From positions 128,001 to 192,000 of the forward strand of contig JBCBUK010000001.1 in NCBI GenBank assembly GCA_039818205.1: a stretch of 64,000 nt of DNA. Direction: 5' to 3'. Numbering within the stretch: position 1 is the stretch's first letter; each line of letters begins with the position of its first letter. The position numbers were made by a program, and so were the translations under genes. The DNA is from Verrucomicrobiota bacterium. Its GTDB lineage: Bacteria > Verrucomicrobiota > Verrucomicrobiia > Opitutales > Cerasicoccaceae. Under the pieces are notes generated by a model. It worked only from the letters and a program-made list of their open reading frames with translations. It did no database searches and was not told the origin of the DNA. Positions 1 through 7,877 of the stretch are shown in pieces.

Positions 1-1
1 C

Positions 2-1366
2 GTATCGCGATCGGGAACCAACTCTGTCTTTTACCGCTGCGTGCAACACGAGAGTATGGAGGCGCACTGCGGCTACCCGCGTGCTACCCTCTACGATCTG
101 AACGAAGGCGGCTTTCACCCACGAGGCGGAGGGGCCACCTTCTTCCCAATGCACGACAAGGGGCTAACCTTTTGGAACTGGAATGTCACCAAGCCTGGCT
201 CGTTTGATTTTTGGCCTGAAGGCAAACGCTACGGCTATTTCTTACGCCCGATCATCGCTGGTCTTCACGGCGAGAAATTTGAGATTCCAGACGTAGAAAC
301 CGACCTGCTCGCATTCGAGTCACCGGGAATCAAGACAGCGCCGGAATCACTATTTGAAGCCCAGCTAAAACAGCGCCTTGGCTATCTTCCCGAGTGGTTG
401 GTCCAGGCACGCGACGACTTTGAATCAGTTAGCCGACACTCGGTGATCTCAATTGCTCAACCGCTTGATCAAACGGTCCACAACAACGATGTGCTAGTAT
501 CGGTCGAGCTAGACCCCGATCTTGACCCTTCGCAGGTGACGCAGATCGACCTGCATGTCTCAAAAACCAGCCGTTGGGATGGTTTTTTGAACCTTGGCGA
601 GATTAGCGTCGAATCCCTAAAACGACGTTTTCGTTTACCAACCGATGGTGTCTGGATCCTCAAGCTAAAACTCACCAACAGTCGGGACGAAATCAGTTTC
701 AGCAAGCCCATCACCGTTTTCGTTGGCCGTGAACAGAACTTGAGGGAAGTCGAAGTCGTAGACTTTGCCATGATTCCTGCTAAAGCAAAGAACAAGCTCT
801 ACCAGGAATTCGTTAAAATGGGAGGCGGAGAGGCCGCAAAACTCCCTACCAGCAAAGTGCTTTTACTTCGGGATAAAAATGAGCCACTCCACACGGTCGA
901 GGTTCCCTATCGCGAAGAGCTTCATCAATTCTACCGCGACTATGGAAAGAAAACATTCAACAAGTTGCTAGACAAAGACCTCGCCCGCCCCTTGTTCGAT
1001 GGTAAGAGCAACAACGGCGGGCCCAATGTATACGGCTACCAAGACACACTCATCCAGGCCAAATTTCCGTTTAACCGCCGTATCAACCGCCTTGATATCC
1101 ACTGGAAAGACGAAGTCCCAGGAGCCAAGGTTCGGCTGGAAATCCAGACCTCTCAGGACCTCGATGCCTGGAATAGTTTTGCGAATGACGACCGCCTCTG
1201 GGAGTTTTCAGTTGGAAGACTCGGTGGAACCCTGGTGAAAGCTCCGCTACCGGGATCAAATGGCGTAAGCAGTATCTACTTCCCCGAACGTGATGCCCGC
1301 TTGATCCGGCTATTACTCACCAGCTTTCCCAACGAGATTGCGGAGTTGAAGTTCTACGGCCCCTAA
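2..1366 (+). CDS. 5'-truncated DUF4955-like (beta-helix polysaccharide-lyase-like) protein with a C-terminal Ig-like/discoidin-like extension
   Basis: The frame is open from nt 2 (VSRSGTNSVFYRC precedes the track ORF at 41). Motifs EAHCGYPRATLYD, LTFWNW, PIIAGLHG and PESLFEAQLKQRLGYLPEWL resemble the DUF4955 C-terminus. Confidence 0.6.
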   Translation, partial: VSRSGTNSVFYRCVQHESMEAHCGYPRATLYDLNEGGFHPRGGGATFFPMHDKGLTFWNWNVTKPGSFDFWPEGKRYGYFLRPIIAGLHGEKFEIPDVETDLLAFESPGIKTAPESLFEAQLKQRLGYLPEWLVQARDDFESVSRHSVISIAQPLDQTVHNNDVLVSVELDPDLDPSQVTQIDLHVSKTSRWDGFLNLGEISVESLKRRFRLPTDGVWILKLKLTNSRDEISFSKPITVFVGREQNLREVEVVDFAMIPAKAKNKLYQEFVKMGGGEAAKLPTSKVLLLRDKNEPLHTVEVPYREELHQFYRDYGKKTFNKLLDKDLARPLFDGKSNNGGPNVYGYQDTLIQAKFPFNRRINRLDIHWKDEVPGAKVRLEIQTSQDLDAWNSFANDDRLWEFSVGRLGGTLVKAPLPGSNGVSSIYFPERDARLIRLLLTSFPNEIAELKFYGP

Positions 1367-1739
1367 GTTGCCGTTGATTTGGCGGTTCGATTCTGAAGGC
1401 AACTCATGACAATTCGGGCGTGCAAAACGCTGTCCGGATAGAACCAACTGGCTGATCCAGGGCGCTTTCTCTTCCACTCTCGGAGGCTAAAGCATTCCAT
1501 GCGCTTTGCCTCCTTGGCGTACCGAAATAATACCCAATTCTCAATCATTGACAAACGCGGGCAACCCACTGATATTCAGTAACTTAATAGGATTGTTTCT
1601 TAACAATCATTAATAATTGATGTTGATCGCCGGTTGGAGAGTTAGGGAAACCGCAGGCAAACCGTTTGATCAGCGCGAAGTTAACAATCTACCAGGTGAG
1701 AATTATCTGGATCTAAATGCCTGCGCCCAAAAGAGTTAA

Positions 1740-3026
1740 ATGGAGTTTTGTTATTTGAGAAGATGCCGTCAGATCGTCTGTACGGTCTTGCTAATAGCGT
1801 CAGGAAACGTTTTTGCACAAGATTTCGACTGGGATGGAAGCCAGAGTACCGACATCACCAACGACGCAAATTGGGTTGGCAACAACAAGCCGACCTTTTC
1901 GAGCCAAACGGAGGTCTGGAACTTCGACACAGCGGTGTCTAATAGCCCCAGTATCAATCAGCCCAATCTCGTACTAGGCGGGTTTCATTTTCGGTCCAAC
2001 AGCGGGGCCTATTCCATCACCGGCAACCAGGTCTACAACGTATTTGGCTTCGATGAGAATGGCACCACCTACGCGGTTTTCAATGACAACGCGAACATCC
2101 AAACCATCAGCAATTCTGGAAATATCAACTTTCACGGCACCGATCTAAGCTTTGAAACGGGTGATGGCGGCATCCACTTTACTGGCAGCACCGACTATAC
2201 CAACACGACGAGAACCATCTTTACCGGTAATGGAAACATGGAGTTTTCAGGCACGATCAATGTGAACAGTGTCCGATTCCAATTCTCCAACAGCGGCCAA
2301 AATGACGTGCGCGTCGCCTTCAATTCAGCCGAAGAACTAGTCATTGATGGCGGTAGCACTACCACCTTTTTCCAAAACACATCCGTCAACAATTCAGGTA
2401 CCTTGGTCACAAATTTCAGCGTCGCGCGCTTCAATTCGACGTTCAACTCCAATGAGCTCGTGATCGACAATGGAGCGGAAGTCTACATCTCCGGGAATGC
2501 GACCCACAATGGCGGCATCGACCTCCTTTGTGGAACTTTGCTCCTTGAACGCTCCAACCCGATTGGGAACCACAACCTCAATGCCATGGGTGGCGTCTTC
2601 AATCTCCAGGGCTTCAATGAGAACTTAAATAGTCTTTCACTCAGTGAGAATTCCACCATCGATTTTGGCTCAAGCTCGGGAAACAACAGCTTGAGCTTTC
2701 AAGGAGCCGGGACATTCACCACTGGGACAATGCTCACGGTTTTAAATTGGGAGAACGGTGACTCCTTTCAGGTTTTGAACATCGGCTCGACCAATGCTCA
2801 ACAAGTACGCTTTTATGGTGATTTCGGCGCTGATGGTCTCGGGTTCTATCAAGCAAATCTCAATGGCAATACACTCAGTCCGGGAAACTTCCTTTACGCA
2901 ACCGCACCCGATCATATCAATTGTGTTCCGACCCAAGTCGTTCCCGAGCCAAGCACCTATATTTTTGGCGGTGTTTTGTTGATTGGTAGCCTGTTTGAGT
3001 TTCGTAGACGGAGACGTAGCGCTTAA
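1740..3026 (+). CDS. PEP-CTERM surface protein with beta-helix/autotransporter-passenger-like repeats
   Basis: Signal peptide (..GNVFAQ), Asn/Gly/Ser/Thr-rich body, C-terminal VPEPSTY + TM helix + RRRRR. Confidence 0.9.
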   Translation: MEFCYLRRCRQIVCTVLLIASGNVFAQDFDWDGSQSTDITNDANWVGNNKPTFSSQTEVWNFDTAVSNSPSINQPNLVLGGFHFRSNSGAYSITGNQVYNVFGFDENGTTYAVFNDNANIQTISNSGNINFHGTDLSFETGDGGIHFTGSTDYTNTTRTIFTGNGNMEFSGTINVNSVRFQFSNSGQNDVRVAFNSAEELVIDGGSTTTFFQNTSVNNSGTLVTNFSVARFNSTFNSNELVIDNGAEVYISGNATHNGGIDLLCGTLLLERSNPIGNHNLNAMGGVFNLQGFNENLNSLSLSENSTIDFGSSSGNNSLSFQGAGTFTTGTMLTVLNWENGDSFQVLNIGSTNAQQVRFYGDFGADGLGFYQANLNGNTLSPGNFLYATAPDHINCVPTQVVPEPSTYIFGGVLLIGSLFEFRRRRRSA

Positions 3027-3086
3027 GGGTCGCTAACCATCACGGGCTCTAGTCCGTTCATATTCTGCAGAAAAATGCAGCAGCGG

Positions 3087-3113
3087 TGTCACGTTTCCCA
3101 GGTTAAAATCGTC
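3087..3113 (+). promoter_or_regulatory. ECF41-type sigma promoter (-35 TGTCACG, 16-bp spacer, -10 CGTC)
   Basis: TGTCACG at 3087-3093, 16 nt, CGTC at 3110-3113. Near-perfect match to the ECF41 consensus TGTCACA-N16-CGTC, directly upstream of the CMD gene and ECF41 sigma gene. Confidence 0.85.
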
Positions 3114-3137
3114 TTCTGATTGAACAACGAATCAATC

Positions 3138-3665
3138 ATGAAGCATACCAACAAACTCACCCTTGAAAAGGAAACGCAGCTGAGCGCATTCGAGCAGCAC
3201 TACGGCTATGATGCCTCGTATCTGCGACATGTACTCAAAACATCGCCCAATGCCTACGATGCCTTCGAGCACTTTAAGAAAATGGCAGCGTTTCGACAAA
3301 ATCTGTCGGTCGACGACTACTATGTCATAGCGATAGCGACGATGCAGGCTGAGGACTGCGGAAGCTGTCTGCAACTCAACGTAAAAATGGCCATTGAAGC
3401 CGGTGTTTCTCAAGAAATCGTTCAAGCCGCATTGGGACGCAGCCAACCTGGATACGACCGCGTGCAAACCCTTCGCGACTATGCGATCGCCGTCGCCAGC
3501 AACCTACCATGTGAGCATCTTGAGTCTACAGTTCGCAAATACCTGGGTGAAACGGGGCTAGTCGAACTCGCTCTTTGTGTGGCGTCCAACCGCGTTTACC
3601 CTTGTCTTAAACGCGCACTGGGTTATGCCAGTGAAGCTTGCGAAATGATCGGAATCGAGGCCTAG
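3138..3665 (+). CDS. Carboxymuconolactone decarboxylase / AhpD-like protein
   Basis: EDCGSC (CxxC) motif in a helical AhpD-like protein; canonical partner of ECF41 sigma factors. ATG at 3138 preferred. Confidence 0.8.
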   Translation: MKHTNKLTLEKETQLSAFEQHYGYDASYLRHVLKTSPNAYDAFEHFKKMAAFRQNLSVDDYYVIAIATMQAEDCGSCLQLNVKMAIEAGVSQEIVQAALGRSQPGYDRVQTLRDYAIAVASNLPCEHLESTVRKYLGETGLVELALCVASNRVYPCLKRALGYASEACEMIGIEA

Positions 3666-3709
3666 CGCTCGCCCACCGGAAATTTTTCGAACTCACACTC
3701 TCCGTTTCA

Positions 3710-4594
3710 ATGGAAGTCGACGCAACCGAACTCTTTGAATCGCATCGGCGTCTCCTTACAAGCGTCGCCTATCGCTTGCTGGGGTCGGTCTCCGAGGCCG
3801 AGGATGCCGTTCAAGATACGTTTCTGCGCTGGAACAAAGTCGATCCAGCGCAGATCCAATCTCCAAAATCGTGGCTCGTAAAAACCTGCAGCCGAATCGC
3901 TCTCGACACGCTTCGGTCAGTTCGCGTGCAACGCACTGAGTACATTGGCCCCTGGCTGCCCGAGCCTTTCTTGGAAGACAAGCAGCGGTCGCCGCGTGAC
4001 GCCCAACAAATCGATGAATCGATTTCAATGGCTCTATTACATGCCCTGGAGCGCCTCAGCCCCAGTGAGCGCGGTTCATTTATTTTGCACGACGTATTCG
4101 ACTACTCTTTCAGCGAAGTGTCTGATATTCTTAACAAGTCACCAGAGAGTTGTCGAAAGCTCGCATCCCGCGCCCGCGCTCACATCCAGGAGGGCAAGCC
4201 ACGATTCTCGGTATCAGCATCAGATCATCAGCATTTACTCACTGGATTTTTGCAGGCAGCACGTGCTGGCGAATTCGAACGCCTACGCTCTCTGCTATCC
4301 CCCACCGTCGAGCTGCATTCCGATGGCGGTGGCAAAGCCTTGGCGGCCAGACGCATTGTCCAAAGCGATGAGCTGGTCACAAAGTTCTTTGTCAGGGTGA
4401 TGGGCCGCAATCAAGGCTCGGGCAAAAGCCTCTCTATCCGCGAGCAATGGTTTAATGGCGCACCGGGACTCATCATTCTTGAAAATCAAACGATTGTCAC
4501 CGCGCTCTGTTTTGCGGTGGACCAAGACACCCCAAAAGTCGCGAAAATCTTTGCCATCAGAAACCCCGATAAACTGCGATCCCTAGTATCTTAA
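3710..4594 (+). CDS. sigJ: ECF41 RNA polymerase sigma-70 factor (SigJ-like) with C-terminal SnoaL-like domain
   Basis: AYRLLGSVSEAEDAVQD, YIGPWLPEP, DGGGK and RNPDKL are ECF41 signature motifs. ATG at 3710. Confidence 0.92.
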   Translation: MEVDATELFESHRRLLTSVAYRLLGSVSEAEDAVQDTFLRWNKVDPAQIQSPKSWLVKTCSRIALDTLRSVRVQRTEYIGPWLPEPFLEDKQRSPRDAQQIDESISMALLHALERLSPSERGSFILHDVFDYSFSEVSDILNKSPESCRKLASRARAHIQEGKPRFSVSASDHQHLLTGFLQAARAGEFERLRSLLSPTVELHSDGGGKALAARRIVQSDELVTKFFVRVMGRNQGSGKSLSIREQWFNGAPGLIILENQTIVTALCFAVDQDTPKVAKIFAIRNPDKLRSLVS

Positions 4595-4675
4595 ATCATA
4601 GTTGGGCGATTCCATTCAAATGAAGTTTGCGCGAATTGTTCTGGACAAAGCCGCATCTTGGGAAAAGTTGTTTCC

Positions 4676-5860
4676 ATGGCTCGATTACTGCAAACCCTTG
4701 TTTTGGCCAGCGCACTGCTGCTGATTGTCGGCTGTGCCAATACCTACGACCGGAACCCTGTCCCAAAGGAGCACGTCGAAAAAACTCAAGTGCTGGACAT
4801 CCCCAACGCGCGGTTTTGGGCCGATGAGCGATCCTACTACATGGACCAAGCTCTCAATCAGCCTGGGCCAACGCTGCGTCAACAGTTGCCCTCAATCTCA
4901 AACAAAGAGCACAACTACCTAGCTATTTCCGGTGGTGGAGATAAAGGGGCATTTGGCGCAGGGCTGCTCTGCGGGTGGACAGCTGCTGGCACACGTCCGG
5001 AATTCGAAATCGTGACTGGCATTAGCACCGGTGGACTCACCGCCCCGTTTGCCTTTTTAGGTCCCAAATACGACTACGTTTTGAAAGAGGTCTATACAAC
5101 CACAACGACCAAGGACCTTGCCGAGCAACACAGCCTAACCGTGATTTTTACCGGAGACTCGGTTGTCGACACCACTGGTCTGAAGAATCTGATCGAGAAA
5201 CACGTCAACGAAGAGTTCGTCAATGAGATCGCAGCGGAGTATCGCAAGGGGCGTCGCCTTTGGATTGGAACAACCAACCTGGACATTATGCGGCCGGTGA
5301 TGTGGAACATCGGAGCGATCGCCAATACCAATGACCCCCGTCGAATCGATCTCATCCGCCAAATCCTTCGCGCATCTGCAGCGATTCCCGTCGCATTCCC
5401 ACCCGAATACATCGAAGTTGAAATTGGCGACGAAATATATGACGAAATGCACGTTGACGGCGGTGCAACAACGCAAGTTATTCTCTACCCTGAAAGTCTT
5501 GCTTGGGCAGATGTCCTCGCGAAGCTGCAAGTTCCGGGCTCACCGAATGCCTACGTCATCTTGAACGCATTCGTTGATCCAGTCTATGAACCCGTCGACC
5601 CGGCAATTATGGATATTGCCGGCAAAACCGTTGCCTCCTTGATACGGACTCAAGGCCTGGGGGATCTCGACCGCATCTATGCCGCATCCGTTCGCGATGG
5701 GCTCGAGTTCAAGCTCGCGTTTCCACCTGGAGACCTGCCACGCCAGGGCGAAGAAGCATTCGATCCCGAGTATATGCAAATCCTGTTCGATCGCGGGTTT
5801 GATATGGCGCTATCTGGCTATCCCTGGGATAAGACTCCTCCCCACTTCGATACTGACTAG
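4676..5860 (+). CDS. Patatin-like phospholipase, lipoprotein
   Basis: Lipobox LIVGC; SGGGDKGAFGAG glycine loop, GISTG nucleophile elbow, DGG catalytic Asp. Confidence 0.9.
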   Translation: MARLLQTLVLASALLLIVGCANTYDRNPVPKEHVEKTQVLDIPNARFWADERSYYMDQALNQPGPTLRQQLPSISNKEHNYLAISGGGDKGAFGAGLLCGWTAAGTRPEFEIVTGISTGGLTAPFAFLGPKYDYVLKEVYTTTTTKDLAEQHSLTVIFTGDSVVDTTGLKNLIEKHVNEEFVNEIAAEYRKGRRLWIGTTNLDIMRPVMWNIGAIANTNDPRRIDLIRQILRASAAIPVAFPPEYIEVEIGDEIYDEMHVDGGATTQVILYPESLAWADVLAKLQVPGSPNAYVILNAFVDPVYEPVDPAIMDIAGKTVASLIRTQGLGDLDRIYAASVRDGLEFKLAFPPGDLPRQGEEAFDPEYMQILFDRGFDMALSGYPWDKTPPHFDTD

Positions 5861-5933
5861 ATTCGTATGTGTCTGCGGGACGATGGCTCGTTTTCAGGTT
5901 GCACATTAGGCTGACCAAGATCTCCCTTTCTGC

Positions 5934-6782
5934 ATGGACGCGAGCCATATTTATATCGTCACCGGGGTATCTACTGGAATTGGTAGCGGAATCGCACGGG
6001 CCTTGCTTGAAAAGGGATTCGGCGTTTTTGGTAGTGTTCGAGTCGCAGGTGCCTCCCAAAATTTGAAAGAGCACGCCAATGAGAATTTCCAGGAATTGGT
6101 ATTCGATGTTAGAGACACTGAAGCGATTCAGATAGCTCGACAAACAGTTGAAACAGCGATCGCGGACAGACGAATCCAAGGTATTATCAATAACGCCGGA
6201 GTCGCCTATGCAGGCCCGCTTGAACACATTCCAATGGAGGAGATGCGTTCGATGATTGAGGTTAATGTCCTCGGCCTATTGGAAGTTACCCGAACGTTCT
6301 TACCACTGCTTGAGACTCCAGGGGCAAAGATTTTTAACATGGGATCGGTCTCGGGGCTTTTTTCAAATCCTTTCCTTGGTGGATATGCGGCCTCAAAGTT
6401 TGCCCTCGAAGCAGTCACCGACGCCATGCGACGCGAGTTCAAAGTCCACGGCATTCAAGTTTGTGTCTTAGAGCCAGGCCCGATCGACACCCCGATCTGG
6501 GGCAAACAATCCTATGAAGAGCTCCGCAAACGCTATCAGGCGACGCGATACGCTGAACCCTTGGATCGTTTCAACGAACAAATCAACGCAGCCGTCAAAA
6601 CGGCACTCCCAGTCGATGCAGTCGCACAAACGATTTTGAAGCTCGTTGATGCGAAGAAATTGCCAGCAAGAAAAATCGTTGCCAACAATGCGTGGTTCTA
6701 CGGCTTGTTGAAGATGCTTCCAACCACGATCATTGACTACTTGGTCTACCGCAGTCTTAGCATAGCGACGAAGCTTAACTAG
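5934..6782 (+). CDS. Short-chain dehydrogenase/reductase (SDR)
   Basis: TGVSTGIG, NNAG and YAASK motifs. Confidence 0.92.
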   Translation: MDASHIYIVTGVSTGIGSGIARALLEKGFGVFGSVRVAGASQNLKEHANENFQELVFDVRDTEAIQIARQTVETAIADRRIQGIINNAGVAYAGPLEHIPMEEMRSMIEVNVLGLLEVTRTFLPLLETPGAKIFNMGSVSGLFSNPFLGGYAASKFALEAVTDAMRREFKVHGIQVCVLEPGPIDTPIWGKQSYEELRKRYQATRYAEPLDRFNEQINAAVKTALPVDAVAQTILKLVDAKKLPARKIVANNAWFYGLLKMLPTTIIDYLVYRSLSIATKLN

Positions 6783-6836
6783 ATCTGCGCGCAAAAGATC
6801 ACTCGGGATCGCTTGCGGACCGACTACTGCCTAGAC

Positions 6837-7637
6837 ATGTCTGTCATCTATAAAATCGAACGCCAGCTTCTCCTGCAGGAAGGTTTCCTGGAGCAGGTCG
6901 TCTACCCCAATGATGAGCTCAATTGTTTCTGGACCGACGACTGGACGCCCGAGACCTATGAGTGCCTGGCACAAGCCGGGTTTATAACGATCAGCTACCC
7001 ATCCGGACCCGACGGGCCAATTTTGATATCTCAGCTACATGAAACGTATTCCGTTCTCGATTGGGCAAATCTGAGCATTGAACGCGGCCTGCGCAAACTA
7101 ATCAAGAGTGGCCAGCTCGAGGAGGACTGCCTTCAACTCGTCATTCATTCGGATCCGTCACCAATCTGCAATGCGATACAACGGTATCATCAAGATGATT
7201 GTTGGCTTACAGACGAGTATGCCGATCTCATGCTGAGTCTCGCTAATCAAGATCGATTAATCCGAACCTTAGGCATCGGCCTATACGATGGAAAACGCAA
7301 TCAACTGGTCGGCGGGGAAATCGGCTACACGATCGGAGCAACCTACACCAGCTTGAGTGGCTTTCTTGATCGTGAGTATCCCAAGCGAAACAACCTCGGC
7401 AAACTTCAGCTCGTTGCGCTCGCCCGACTACTTGAACGATGCGGCTATCCATTTTGGAATCTCGGCATGTTGCTCGACTACAAATTGCAAATCGGTGCAA
7501 CTGAAACACCACGACTCGGCTTTCTGATGAGATGGCTCAAAGCCATCAATCAACAAGCCCGAGAACCGCTTGATCAACTACTTGATAAGCCAATATCGTG
7601 TAGTGACTTACTCACCAAAGATAGTCATGTTTCTTAA
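6837..7637 (+). CDS. Leucyl/phenylalanyl-tRNA--protein transferase-like (GNAT fold) protein, divergent
   Basis: CWLT, LVGGEIGYTIGATYTSLSGF, GKLQLVAL and YKLQIGA align with the Aat C-terminal half, but the usual GESMF motif reads SLSGF. Confidence 0.6.
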   Translation: MSVIYKIERQLLLQEGFLEQVVYPNDELNCFWTDDWTPETYECLAQAGFITISYPSGPDGPILISQLHETYSVLDWANLSIERGLRKLIKSGQLEEDCLQLVIHSDPSPICNAIQRYHQDDCWLTDEYADLMLSLANQDRLIRTLGIGLYDGKRNQLVGGEIGYTIGATYTSLSGFLDREYPKRNNLGKLQLVALARLLERCGYPFWNLGMLLDYKLQIGATETPRLGFLMRWLKAINQQAREPLDQLLDKPISCSDLLTKDSHVS

Positions 7638-7877
7638 CAAAAACCAGCAGATCCTAACCGGCCCGGTCGCCACTTAAAGCCTTCAACCTAGGCAACCCCT
7701 AGACTATCCCGAGATCGCCAAAATACTCCCCACAAGTTTACGGGGTATTGCATTTAGTACTAAGTTACCGGTATCGTTTTCGGTTGCATCAAGATTGTTT
7801 GATATCGATGTTTTTTGCTCATCATGCATAGTTCCTGCCATCAACACCTAACTGGGAAGGGCAACTATCGCCCATCC

